Position numbers and translations under genes: made by a program
Assembly: GCA_964392365.1 (NCBI GenBank)
Contig: CAYMPH010000006.1
Coordinates: 3,198-67,197, forward strand
Length of the DNA: 64,000 nucleotides
DNA from: an uncultured Leptospirales bacterium
GTDB lineage: Bacteria > Spirochaetota > UBA4802 > UBA5550
Direction of reading: 5' to 3'
Shown here: positions 1 through 9,701 of the stretch, piece by piece
Numbering within the stretch: position 1 is the stretch's first letter
Layout: the number at the start of each line of letters is the position of its first letter
Notes under the pieces: generated by a model
Seen by the model: the letters and a program-made list of their open reading frames with translations, nothing else
Database searches by the model: none
What the model was told of the DNA's origin: nothing

Positions 1-1618
1 GATTAACTCTTAGAAATTGTCCATTTTCATTTATAATAAAAACTCCATACGGTGCATTTTCAATATATAATCTGGAACGGGCTTCGCTTTCCCTGAGATC
101 CATTTCTGCGCGCTTCCGCTGTGCAATATCGCGAATAAATGACTGAAACGTTCTATCCGGCATCATCTTAGTTGTCATTTCAACAGGAATTTCAGAACCA
201 TCCCTGCATGTAAGAAGCCTCTCTGAATAAACAGTTAAGCCCTGATTAAGTTGATCAAATCTGAAAGGCGCACGCTTTCTTTCTTCTTTAGAAAAAAGGA
301 AAGTCATGTTTTTTCCAATCATTTCAGATCGGTTATAGCCAGTAAGTTTGCAAGAGTATTCATTAGGCTCAATAATTATGCCGTTCATATCTCCAATTAA
401 AATGGCGTCAGGCGCAAGATCAATCAGAGATTTAAATCTTTCTTCGCTTTCTATCAGTGCATTTTCCGCTTTCTTCCTGGCATCAATATCTTTTACTACA
501 CCAAAGACTGCAATTGCCCTGTTTTCCTGATCATCCCAGATAGATTTTGCTACAATATTTATCCATCTGAAATCTTTTTCATTTCTAAACGCTCTGCATT
601 CCACCTCGCTGGTTTGATTATTTTCAATTAAGGAATATAGTGTTCCGACTGCTTTGCTCCGGTCTTCTTCATGAAACATGGCGATAAGCGATTCAGTAGT
701 TATTTTATCTTCTCTTGAAAATCCGGTTAATGTAAAAAAAGTATCTGAAATATATTTCAATGAAATTTTTTTATCAGGTGCAATAGTAAATTCAAAAAAA
801 TAGTCCGATGCCAGCTCTGAAACCAGTTTATAACGCAGTTCACTTTCCGTCAGATTTTCTTCCGCTTTCTTTTGCTCTGAAATATCAGTAAACATTCCAA
901 ATGATCCTTTGAATGAACCATTAGAATATAAAATTGGAGTTGATGAAACTTTCATCCATAAAACAGATCCGTCTTTCCGGATAAAGCGTCTTTCATAAAA
1001 TCCTGATTTCCCTTTTTTACGTTCAGATAAAATATTATTATGATCAGGAATATCGTCCTTCAACATAAAATGAGTAAATTGCTTGCCTATAATTTCATTC
1101 ACTGAATACCCAAGCATATCTGCCATTTTTTTATTTACATACGAAATATCAGCATTTTCATCAATTGATAAGATTCCTTCATTAGCTGTTTCAACAATAA
1201 GTTTGTTAAATTCATCATTTTCTTTTATTTTATTATGTGCATCAAACAGCTCAAAAGCCATTTCAATAGATAACTGAAGAATATTATCACCGGTATTTTT
1301 TACAACAAACCCGTATGGTGTTATCTTTTTCAATTTATCAATATATTTTTTTTCAGTATGAGAGGTAAGAAATACAATAGGGATATTTTTCTGAGCTAAA
1401 ATCCTGCTGGCTGCTTCTATTCCATCAATCCCTTTGCCGAGATTAATGTCCATGAGAATGAGATTTATTGTATTATTGCTGCAGGCTATTTCAATAGCCT
1501 GTTTACCGGAATCAGCTATTATAACTTTATAACCAAGTTTTTCGAGAGTTTTTTCTCCAGATAACGCAACAATAGCCTCGTCTTCAACATAAAGAATGAT
1601 TTTTTTATCTGTGCTCAT
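1..1618 (-). CDS. Response regulator receiver domain fused to multiple PAS domains (3' end runs past window start)
   Basis: ATG at 1618 on the minus strand. The N-terminus reads MSTDKKIILYVEDEAIVALSGEKTLEKLGYKVIIADSGKQAIE, a CheY-like REC domain with the conserved D..D/K pattern, followed by PAS-like repeats. The frame stays open to position 1. Not in the ORF track because it is partial. Confidence 0.8.
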   Translation of the reverse strand, partial: MSTDKKIILYVEDEAIVALSGEKTLEKLGYKVIIADSGKQAIEIACSNNTINLILMDINLGKGIDGIEAASRILAQKNIPIVFLTSHTEKKYIDKLKKITPYGFVVKNTGDNILQLSIEMAFELFDAHNKIKENDEFNKLIVETANEGILSIDENADISYVNKKMADMLGYSVNEIIGKQFTHFMLKDDIPDHNNILSERKKGKSGFYERRFIRKDGSVLWMKVSSTPILYSNGSFKGSFGMFTDISEQKKAEENLTESELRYKLVSELASDYFFEFTIAPDKKISLKYISDTFFTLTGFSREDKITTESLIAMFHEEDRSKAVGTLYSLIENNQTSEVECRAFRNEKDFRWINIVAKSIWDDQENRAIAVFGVVKDIDARKKAENALIESEERFKSLIDLAPDAILIGDMNGIIIEPNEYSCKLTGYNRSEMIGKNMTFLFSKEERKRAPFRFDQLNQGLTVYSERLLTCRDGSEIPVEMTTKMMPDRTFQSFIRDIAQRKRAEMDLRESEARSRLYIENAPYGVFIINENGQFLRVN

Positions 1619-1694
1619 GGCACTCCTTATAATTAATCATTTAGTTCATATCAATTCTTTATTCTTATTTCTATTTTAATCAACTTGAATGCCA

Positions 1695-3299
1695 TTATAA
1701 TTCAAAACTCATTATATATTTTGTTCCTTTTAATCTTTCAATAATTATTTTACCCCGAAGCTGTTTTATAAGCAATCCGATTAATTTTAAGCCGAAACCT
1801 GAAGAGTTTTCGAAATCAACAACTTCATCCAAACCTGAACCATTATCATGGAATACAAGAGAAGCATGTTTGCAATTCCCTGCTGTCTCCTCATTTGGAA
1901 TATTAACAGCTATTAAGATTTCACAGTCATTTCTGCCTGCAAAAGCATGCTTCATTGCATTTGTTAAAAGTTCATTTATTATAATTCCAATCGGCGATAA
2001 TATATTAATATCAACAATAAAATCTTCTATATGAGTTTCAATCTTAACATTCTCTTTGTTGGGGAAAATTTCAATTATTTCAGTAATCAGAGGCAGGAGA
2101 TATTCTCTGATTGACATTTCTCTGAAATTGTCAGAACGGTACAGCTTGTCATATAAAACTGCCATACTCTGCATGCGGTTTTTTGCCTTAAACAAAATTT
2201 CAACTGATTCTTCATCATCTGCTGATTCAGCCTGCAGAGAGAGAAGTCCCATCATGGTGCTCATATTATTTTTAATACGGTGATGAACCTCGCGCAGAAG
2301 AAGTTCTTTTTCCTCAAGAAGCATTTGTATTTTTTCATCAGATAATCTTCGTTCAGTTACATCCTGAATCATGCCAACCCTTCTGATAATTTTTCCTGAT
2401 TCATTTCTTAAATGTTCAAATTTCTGATACACATAACGTATTTCTCCGGTTTGTTTACGAACTATACGGTGATTAATTGCAAAAGAATCAATATTCTGCT
2501 GTTTTGAATCCAAAAAGACTATATCCACATTTGATCTGTCATCAGGATGAATTAAATCAAAAAAAATTTCATTCGTTGGTTTGAATTCATCCGGTTTAAA
2601 ACCGAAAATTCTATAAACCTCATCTGACCAGATCATCTTTTTTGTAATCATATTAAAATCCCAGCTTCCAAGATGTGCCAATTCCTGAGATTTACTCAAG
2701 CGGGAATCACTCTCACGCAAAGTTTCGAGATACAGCCTTCTTTCTTCCTGGGCAGAAAGAACTTTTCCAATCATAACTGTTATCAAAGGATAAATAATTA
2801 TTACAGGCAGACCTATGTTTTTTAAAGTTAAAACAGCAATATTAAAAGGAAGAGTAAACGCGAGAAGAAGCATACCTATATTAACAATAATGCCAAAGAT
2901 TAGAAGCTGATTACTTTTTATGTTTGCTTTCTCATTTAAAGTACGGTAATAAAAAATTATTCCTGTAAGTGCAGAAAAAATAATTACTGAAACTCCCATT
3001 ACAGTGCCGATTCCACCCTGAAAAATACGAAAAGCTATAGCCGGTAAAATTGATATCCCGACTGCAACCGGACCAAAAAAAAATCCGCATAAACTTATTA
3101 CCACTGATCTTCCGTCAAAGATCAAACCCGGCTGAAGAACAACAGGGCGCAGCATTCCAATTACTGCTGCCGTACCGAAAATTACTCCCTGAAGAAAAAT
3201 TTCACGCTTCCTGTTTTTCCACTTCTGACCGATAAAACCTGAGATAATGCTTATTGCAACCAGTATGGCAAGATTATATATAAGCTCAATAAATATCAT
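1695..3299 (-). CDS. Sensor histidine kinase: N-terminal polytopic membrane domain, PAS, HisKA_2-type H-box, HATPase_c
   Basis: Several N-terminal hydrophobic helices. PAS region (WDFNMITKKMIWSDEVYRIFG). H-box EKELLLREVHHRIKNNMSTMMGLL is typical of the HisKA_2/HWE type. C-terminal ATPase G-boxes (HDNGSGL, GFGLKL). Confidence 0.85.
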   Translation of the reverse strand: MIFIELIYNLAILVAISIISGFIGQKWKNRKREIFLQGVIFGTAAVIGMLRPVVLQPGLIFDGRSVVISLCGFFFGPVAVGISILPAIAFRIFQGGIGTVMGVSVIIFSALTGIIFYYRTLNEKANIKSNQLLIFGIIVNIGMLLLAFTLPFNIAVLTLKNIGLPVIIIYPLITVMIGKVLSAQEERRLYLETLRESDSRLSKSQELAHLGSWDFNMITKKMIWSDEVYRIFGFKPDEFKPTNEIFFDLIHPDDRSNVDIVFLDSKQQNIDSFAINHRIVRKQTGEIRYVYQKFEHLRNESGKIIRRVGMIQDVTERRLSDEKIQMLLEEKELLLREVHHRIKNNMSTMMGLLSLQAESADDEESVEILFKAKNRMQSMAVLYDKLYRSDNFREMSIREYLLPLITEIIEIFPNKENVKIETHIEDFIVDINILSPIGIIINELLTNAMKHAFAGRNDCEILIAVNIPNEETAGNCKHASLVFHDNGSGLDEVVDFENSSGFGLKLIGLLIKQLRGKIIIERLKGTKYIMSFEL

Positions 3300-3317
3300 T
3301 TTTTTTAAATCCCGCCA

Positions 3318-3875
3318 TTACAAATATCTTCTGACTTTATTTTTATACTTATTATATTCTGTATGATTAATTTCAAGATGTTTTTCCTCTTTAAGAATCA
3401 TCAGATGGAACATAATCATTGTAATGACTGCAGGGATAATCAATAAAGGTGCAGGGAAACATACTGCCATACCAAGCAGAACAATATCGTATGAAAAAAA
3501 ATATGGATTCCTTGAAAATCTATACATTCCATTTTGTATCAGATCTGTTTTTTCTTTTTCATCAACTCCAATTCTCCAGGAATTTTTTAATGATAGAGAT
3601 GCGAGAGTGCTTAAAATCAAACCGGTTGAAATTAAAACTGCACCGATTATCATTAATAGTTCATGTGAGAAAAAAAAGAATAAATATCTGTTTATATCCG
3701 GCACAAATAAAAATATAAGGAAAAGAACAGAAGAAATTCCTGCGGAAAAAATTGAGCTGTTTACAAGAAGGCTGTTTGATTTTATTTTTTTACCGAGCTT
3801 TTTTGAAAGCAAATATGCTCTTGAGAAAAAAAATAAATAAAAAAGCAATATTAGCGATAATAAAATATACTTCAT
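3318..3875 (-). CDS. Membrane methyltransferase, isoprenylcysteine carboxyl / phospholipid (ICMT/PEMT) methyltransferase family
   Basis: Polytopic membrane protein. C-terminal signature RNPYFFSYDIVLLGMA...HLMILKEEKHLEINHTEYNKYKNKVRRYL resembles the ICMT/PEMT family (RHPxY...EE..L). The ORF track starts at GTG 3884. ATG 3875 is preferred because AGGGG lies 8 nt upstream. Confidence 0.6.
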   Translation of the reverse strand: MKYILLSLILLFYLFFFSRAYLLSKKLGKKIKSNSLLVNSSIFSAGISSVLFLIFLFVPDINRYLFFFFSHELLMIIGAVLISTGLILSTLASLSLKNSWRIGVDEKEKTDLIQNGMYRFSRNPYFFSYDIVLLGMAVCFPAPLLIIPAVITMIMFHLMILKEEKHLEINHTEYNKYKNKVRRYL

Positions 3876-4009
3876 GAGATGCACCCCTTATCATTACTCC
3901 CGTTATTTAATATATTATCCATTACAAAAGATTGAGCAGCAAATCTGGATAAATATACTAAAATTATTAATACTATTAAAGATAATAATATTTTGATAAA
4001 TTGTTTCAT
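3872..4009 (-). CDS. Small membrane peptide (45 aa), stop overlaps start of downstream methyltransferase (ATGA)
   Basis: Hand translation gives MKQFIKILLSLIVLIILVYLSRFAAQSFVMDNILNNGSNDKGCIS: one hydrophobic helix, and the TGA overlaps ATG 3875. Below the ORF-track length cutoff. Confidence 0.25.
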   Translation of the reverse strand: MKQFIKILLSLIVLIILVYLSRFAAQSFVMDNILNNGSNDKGCIS

Positions 4010-4040
4010 AATCAGCACCCGTATTATATTCTTTAAATTC

Positions 4041-4610
4041 TCATGCAGCTGAATTTTTATTCGGAGAACATTTCAAAAATTTTTTCTTCTCTTCAATTAT
4101 TTCCCACCATCCTGACTGCATAATTTTTTCTTTTGCTGATTCGCGCGATTGGTGGCCGTCTTCAATTATCAAGACTCCGGTCTTTTTAATTATCCTGTTT
4201 ATTTCTTTTAAAAAAACATTCGGATCTTTTACCATATGAAACATATCAATGGCAAAAATCAGATCAGCTGAATTGTCACTTATCCCGACTATTATGCCGT
4301 CTGTGTGAATTGCAGTTACATTATTCAGCGAATATTTTTTTTTAAGCTTTTCTACAGAAGCGATTGCAAGCTCGTGGATATCAACTGCATATACTGTTCC
4401 GGATTCTCCAGCTAATTCAGAAGCACGTTTAATGTATTGGCCCGGTCCGCATCCGTAATCAACAACTGTGTTACCGGTTTTTATTCCGAACTCATCCATA
4501 TATTTATCAACAGACTTGAACAAATAAAAAACCTTAAAAGTTAAATCCATCATTTTAAAAGCAATGTCCGGCATTCTGTTTAGATCATTTCCAAATAATA
4601 ATTTTTTCAT
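4041..4610 (-). CDS. Class I SAM-dependent methyltransferase
   Basis: Motif I VVDYGCGPGQY, with acidic post-I residue and motif II/III spacing typical of the Rossmann-fold methyltransferases. Confidence 0.8.
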   Translation of the reverse strand: MKKLLFGNDLNRMPDIAFKMMDLTFKVFYLFKSVDKYMDEFGIKTGNTVVDYGCGPGQYIKRASELAGESGTVYAVDIHELAIASVEKLKKKYSLNNVTAIHTDGIIVGISDNSADLIFAIDMFHMVKDPNVFLKEINRIIKKTGVLIIEDGHQSRESAKEKIMQSGWWEIIEEKKKFLKCSPNKNSAA

Positions 4611-4639
4611 AATGCAGCTCCTTTTATTAATTCACTCTA

Positions 4640-5185
4640 TTAAACTTTTAATAATCCTATAGCTTTAAGAAAACCCATTGTGCTCATTATTATAATTAAT
4701 AAACTGGCTATAATGGATAAAACAGTATAAAGTTTTTCCTGATTTTTATTCCACTTAACCACCATTATTGAAAACAACCCCACATAAATGATTGTTTCAG
4801 GAATTCCAAGCAGATGATACTGCACAGGAAGTTTTGTATACAGGTATCCCTCAAATGATCCTGGAGTCGGCCCTATTGTTGATAAAAAGGATAACCCGAA
4901 TATCAGTAATGCAAGTTTTGCTGTTCCATAATTTTCTTCAAATAAAACTTTTTTAAAAGGATATAATACTAATGCAATTATAACACCTCTGAATATTTGC
5001 AGTGCCGGCACGATTGCAACCCATGGAGAGTCAGTTGGATGCATAAGAAGAGATAGCGATTGAGAGGAGTAATGTTCCTTATAATTCATGAAATAGTATG
5101 CCAGAACACCTGCAATAAAATATGCAATCATATGTGATGATGCAATTTGCCATACGTATACTGCTAACGAATCTTTTTTCTCCAT
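4640..5185 (-). CDS. Polytopic membrane protein, unknown function
   Basis: 181 aa with 4-5 hydrophobic helices. Sits tightly between two methyltransferase genes (3- and 29-nt gaps). Confidence 0.6.
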   Translation of the reverse strand: MEKKDSLAVYVWQIASSHMIAYFIAGVLAYYFMNYKEHYSSQSLSLLMHPTDSPWVAIVPALQIFRGVIIALVLYPFKKVLFEENYGTAKLALLIFGLSFLSTIGPTPGSFEGYLYTKLPVQYHLLGIPETIIYVGLFSIMVVKWNKNQEKLYTVLSIIASLLIIIMSTMGFLKAIGLLKV

Positions 5186-5188
5186 AGT

Positions 5189-5878
5189 TTAAACCATCAA
5201 ATTTAATTTTCTTCCGTATATTATTCCAAAAACAAAGTATTTATAAAAAATATCAACATCCGTGAAACCTGCTTTTTCAAGCCAATCCAGATTTTTCTGA
5301 ACAGTTGCAGTTTTATCCAGTTTTAGTCTGTTATATGCTCCCTGCTTTCTTTCTTCTGATAATTGAGTTGATTCAATCTTCGAAAGCCAGTTATCCATAT
5401 TAAATTTTTCATTTTTTGCTGATGGACTTAAAAACTGATCCCCATTGATGAAAATTCCATCATCCTCTAAAATATTATAAATGTTTTTATATAATTTTTC
5501 TTTTTCATCATCAGATAAATGATGAATAGATAATGAAGAAACTGCGATATGAAATTTTTCTGTAAATTCATGTTCAACATAATCGCGGATTATATATTTA
5601 ATATTTTTATTTCCATGGAACCTTTTCTTCGCCATGCCGATCATTTCATCAGAAATATCAATCAGCGTGTATTCTGCATCCGGATATTTTAGCAATAAAA
5701 ACTGTGTCAGCAATCCGGTTCCGGCTCCAATATCCAGTATTTTAATTTTCCCGGTTTTAATATCAGCTAATTCAACTATGATTTTGTAAAAATCATCAAA
5801 GCATGGAATTAAAGCTTTACGTTCAGAATCATAAGACTGCGCTATTTTATTGAATTGTTCGATAATCTGATCTCTCAT
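5189..5878 (-). CDS. Class I SAM-dependent methyltransferase
   Basis: Motif I ILDIGAGTGLLTQFL, acidic residue at IDISDEM, motif II region IIRDYVEHEF. Confidence 0.8.
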   Translation of the reverse strand: MRDQIIEQFNKIAQSYDSERKALIPCFDDFYKIIVELADIKTGKIKILDIGAGTGLLTQFLLLKYPDAEYTLIDISDEMIGMAKKRFHGNKNIKYIIRDYVEHEFTEKFHIAVSSLSIHHLSDDEKEKLYKNIYNILEDDGIFINGDQFLSPSAKNEKFNMDNWLSKIESTQLSEERKQGAYNRLKLDKTATVQKNLDWLEKAGFTDVDIFYKYFVFGIIYGRKLNLMV

Positions 5879-5992
5879 ATTAATTCCCGGTTATTATAAT
5901 TTCCAATTAGATTGTTTTTCTGATTTTACAATAATACAATTGCATAAAGAAGTTATTGCTTTATTTATAAAAAGAATATTACAATAATAAAA

Positions 5993-6850
5993 CTATTTTT
6001 TTAAAAATTTGTCTGCCACTTCATTTTCAATGTCAATTATTGAAAACGGCTTTTCAAAATAAACCAGATTATTTTCTCTTAAAAAATCCGAATGCCCGGA
6101 AGATCCCGTTATAAAAATATATTTAGGCGCGAAGTTAATATTTAATTTATGAAGATTTTCATATAATTGAATTCCATTCATAACAGGCATATCAATATCG
6201 GAAATAATTACATTGTAATAGTTTTTATTTATCATATCATAGGCAATCTGCCCGTTTTCAGCTTCATGTACAACATAATTCTTTTTAAATATATTTATAA
6301 GGAATTTTCTAACAGCTTCGGAATCATCAATTATCAGAATTTTCCTATCCCAAATTTTATTAATTCCTGAGAAAAGTTTTAAATAATTTTTATTATCCGG
6401 AAATTTTCTGATTTCATTTTCAATATGAAGAAGATGCTCTTCAATTTTAGCCGCAATTTTTTTATATTTCGGGTCATATTTAAAAATTGTAGATATGCAA
6501 TAAATAAAAATATAATTCCATTCAGATCTTTCGCTTTCTATCAAGGAATTAATAAATATTTCTTCTGTTATGCTTTTATTGTTTATCAGTTCTCTGATCT
6601 TTATAAAAGGATTAACAAGCTTTTCCTTTAGAGCAGCATCAATTCTTATATCAGCATTTAATTTAATTTTATTTTCTTTGTAAAATTCATCAGCATTTAT
6701 GATAATATCTTTATGCCATATTTCATCTTTCTCTAAATCAATCAGCAGCTTATATAATGGAATATTATTAGAAAATATAACTGATGCAAGGCTGTAAATT
6801 TCAGCAGCTTCATTTTCCAAAATCAGAAGTAAATCAATAATATCTTTCAA
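5993..6850 (-). CDS. Response regulator with C-terminal receiver domain and uncharacterised N-terminal helical domain
   Basis: C-terminal REC: ILIIDDSEAVRKFL...VIISDIDMPVMNGIQL...KPF. N-terminal ~160 aa has no recognisable domain. Confidence 0.7.
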   Translation of the reverse strand: MKDIIDLLLILENEAAEIYSLASVIFSNNIPLYKLLIDLEKDEIWHKDIIINADEFYKENKIKLNADIRIDAALKEKLVNPFIKIRELINNKSITEEIFINSLIESERSEWNYIFIYCISTIFKYDPKYKKIAAKIEEHLLHIENEIRKFPDNKNYLKLFSGINKIWDRKILIIDDSEAVRKFLINIFKKNYVVHEAENGQIAYDMINKNYYNVIISDIDMPVMNGIQLYENLHKLNINFAPKYIFITGSSGHSDFLRENNLVYFEKPFSIIDIENEVADKFLKK

Positions 6851-6940
6851 TTTTATTACCTTTTTTCCTTTTTCATAAAGTAATAAATAGAATATTTAAA
6901 ATAATAACCACAAAATCACAAATTTACAAGTTGTTTTTTA

Positions 6941-7759
6941 TTATTTTGGTTTCATTTCGAAGCAGGAATACGAATGTTTAAATTCAGGAATTGAATCTAT
7001 TTCACCTGAGAGCGAAAGATTAATATATACAAGGTAATGAATTGCAAGATTCTGCGATTCAAATAAACAATCTATAATTCTAATGCCGCAGTCAGGTACA
7101 GTTTTAATCAGATCATAAAACTTTGCTTTCTGAAAAAATTTATCCATTCTTTTACGCACATCATAGAAATAATCCGGAATGTCAAAAAAAGGACGATGCT
7201 CATCATTACCCGGTCTGAAACTTTCAAAAATATATTCAGTTATATTTACCTTACCCATTTTCCTCGCTTCCATAAAATAATCCCTGTAGCCTGCAGGATC
7301 AAGGACCCATTGATCTATAAAAGTTAAAATTATTAAAATATAATGCCAGAGAGGTTTGCCGCTGTATTCCTCATTAATATCAACATCCTCAGGCCGTCTG
7401 AGTAAATCTTCAATATCCCATAAAAGATAATTAATATGGCTGAATATATTTTCAACTGATGTAAATCTGCCTGCGGATATTTCAGGAAAATTTCTATTTA
7501 TATCCTGAGAGGGTTTCTTTCTGTTTTTTAATACAGAGCTGGTTTTTAAATAATTATCGTATTCGCTTCTTTTAAATGGATCAGAAAGAGTGCTGTATGC
7601 ATTGTTCAGCAGTTTAAATTCAGTTTCAGACTCTGGTGAATTGTTATTCTTATCAGGGTGATATATGTGCGCAAGCTTTCTGAATGAGGATTTAATCTCA
7701 TCAATAGAAGCTGTTTCAGAAACATTCAGTATTTCATATAAACTGGAATAAGGAAACAT
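6941..7759 (-). CDS. J-domain (DnaJ-like) protein with uncharacterised C-terminal domain
   Basis: N-terminal J domain YEILNVSETASIDEIKSSFRKLAHIYHPDKN with the HPD motif. No Gly/Phe or zinc-finger region follows, so it is not a canonical DnaJ. Confidence 0.8.
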   Translation of the reverse strand: MFPYSSLYEILNVSETASIDEIKSSFRKLAHIYHPDKNNNSPESETEFKLLNNAYSTLSDPFKRSEYDNYLKTSSVLKNRKKPSQDINRNFPEISAGRFTSVENIFSHINYLLWDIEDLLRRPEDVDINEEYSGKPLWHYILIILTFIDQWVLDPAGYRDYFMEARKMGKVNITEYIFESFRPGNDEHRPFFDIPDYFYDVRKRMDKFFQKAKFYDLIKTVPDCGIRIIDCLFESQNLAIHYLVYINLSLSGEIDSIPEFKHSYSCFEMKPK

Positions 7760-7899
7760 ATAAAATATACCGGATATATTAATATCAGAATAAAAATTAA
7801 TATTATAAATATCAATAAATTATTACAAATAAAAAATACTTGATTCAAATTAAATCATTTAAATAATAAATTATTGCATAACTATGAAAGGAAATTAAA

Positions 7900-8151
7900 T
7901 TGTATTATCTTGCAGGTGATCCTACATTCCCTCCTCATTCAACTGAAGGATTCAGCGGATATTTTATTTCCGATAATTTTAATCATTATATGCCGGTTTG
8001 GAATAAACTGGAAAATGCTTTAAATTACTTGAAAAAAAATTCGCTGGAGAGTTTAAATTTCGGGGTTGTTCCTGGTTCTGATGAATTTATGAAAAGAAAA
8101 ATGGAAGAATATAAATTTAAAATAAAATTTATGGATTCTGATAATGCTTGA
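7900..8151 (+). CDS. Hypothetical small protein
   Basis: 83-aa ORF in an otherwise empty intergenic stretch. No recognisable motif. Confidence 0.35.
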   Translation: MYYLAGDPTFPPHSTEGFSGYFISDNFNHYMPVWNKLENALNYLKKNSLESLNFGVVPGSDEFMKRKMEEYKFKIKFMDSDNA

Positions 8152-8198
8152 TTTAAATAAATCAGCTTAATTTGAAATTATAATATATTGGTGAAAAA

Positions 8199-9683
8199 AT
8201 GAAAAACTCACAAGCCAAAAAAGTAATAATAATAGGCGGCGGGCCCGCAGGACTTGCTGCAGGATTGTATTGCAGAAAAGCAGGACTTGATCCTGTTGTT
8301 CTTGAAAAACATACATTGCCTGGCGGCCTTTGCACTAACTGGAAAAGAAACGGCTATTCAATTGATGGATGCGTGCATTTTATAATGGGATCAGGTGTAG
8401 GTTCGCCGTTTCATGAGATGTGGAAGGAACTCGGAGTTTTTGAAGAAATCAATCCGGAAAAAGATTTTGTTTACCACAATGATTTTTTTCATTTCAGATT
8501 TGCAGATGGAAAAGAAGTTACAATAAGCAGCGATCTTGAAAAAATTGAGAATGACCTTGGCAAACAGTTCCCTGAAGACATTAAACAGATTAAAGCATTT
8601 ACTGATGGAGTGAGAAGCCTTAGAGGTTTTACGCCTCCGCTTGATCTTTTAAAGGGCGGGAAAAATCTCTGGCACGCGTTTAAACAATCATTCAGGTATA
8701 TTTTTGCTATATATAAATGGAAAAATATCACGATTGAGCAGTTCTCTTCAAAATTCAAGTCGCGCGAATTGAGAGATGCTTTTGTCCGCCTCTGGTATCC
8801 CGATTACAACATGCTCTACATATTGCTGATCCTTGACTGGCTTAACCGCGGTCTTGCAGGCTACCCTATTGTCACTTCGCTTGGCTTCAGCAAGGTGCTT
8901 GAAAAAAAATTACTGGAGCGGGGCGGCGAAATCCGTTACAATTCGCGTGTTAAAAAAATCATTTTCGATAACGGCAGGGCTGCAGGAGTCATTCTTGATT
9001 CAAATGAAAATATCTTCGGCGACTATATAATCAATACCGCATCATCTCCGTGGTCTATGAACATGATGCTGCCGGGCATTAATATCGGGAAAACTGATTA
9101 CACAATCACTCCTCCTCTTGTGCACATTTCCTATGGAACATCCTACGACTTTTCCGGATATGAATCGTCCGCATGCGGTCTTCAGCTTGAACTCAATCCT
9201 CCGATCAAAATGGCAGGAGAAGACCGGGTTTTCCTGTTAATACATATTTACAATTTTACGCCGAATCTTGCGCCTGAAGGGAAAACTCTCGTAAAGATAA
9301 TGTTTCCATCAGATTATGAATACTGGAATAAACTGAAGCAGCTGGATGATTCTGCATATAAAGATGAAAAAGAAAAATGTTCTGCAGCAGTTCTAAATGC
9401 AATGGAACGCTACTTTCCCGGGTTCAGCAGAACAATTGATATGACTGACATTGCAACTCCGGTAACATTTTACCGTTATACAGAAAATCAGAACGGGTCA
9501 CTCATTGCATGGGGAGCAGTTCCTGCAACACCAATGATGCTTCCCAAAACAATTAAAGGTGTCAGCAATCTTGTACTTGCCGGTCACTGGGTTATGCCTG
9601 GCGGCGGAGTTCCACAGGCTGCAATGAGCGCAAGGCAGGCGGTGCAGCTGATCTGCATGAATGAAAAAATTTACTTGATATAA
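8199..9683 (+). CDS. NAD(P)/FAD-dependent oxidoreductase, phytoene-desaturase (CrtI)-like family
   Basis: N-terminal dinucleotide-binding fold KVIIIGGGPAGLAAGLYCRKAGLDPVVLEK. Length ~490 aa with C-terminal GxWxxPGGG-like LAGHWVMPGGGV. Confidence 0.75.
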   Translation: MKNSQAKKVIIIGGGPAGLAAGLYCRKAGLDPVVLEKHTLPGGLCTNWKRNGYSIDGCVHFIMGSGVGSPFHEMWKELGVFEEINPEKDFVYHNDFFHFRFADGKEVTISSDLEKIENDLGKQFPEDIKQIKAFTDGVRSLRGFTPPLDLLKGGKNLWHAFKQSFRYIFAIYKWKNITIEQFSSKFKSRELRDAFVRLWYPDYNMLYILLILDWLNRGLAGYPIVTSLGFSKVLEKKLLERGGEIRYNSRVKKIIFDNGRAAGVILDSNENIFGDYIINTASSPWSMNMMLPGINIGKTDYTITPPLVHISYGTSYDFSGYESSACGLQLELNPPIKMAGEDRVFLLIHIYNFTPNLAPEGKTLVKIMFPSDYEYWNKLKQLDDSAYKDEKEKCSAAVLNAMERYFPGFSRTIDMTDIATPVTFYRYTENQNGSLIAWGAVPATPMMLPKTIKGVSNLVLAGHWVMPGGGVPQAAMSARQAVQLICMNEKIYLI

Positions 9684-9701
9684 CATCCGGAATAAAATTG
9701 T

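Noticed and set aside
3876-3884. GTG start at 3884 for the membrane methyltransferase
   Set aside because: ATG 3875 is preceded by AGGGG at Shine-Dalgarno spacing and overlaps the stop of the small upstream ORF (ATGA), consistent with translational coupling.
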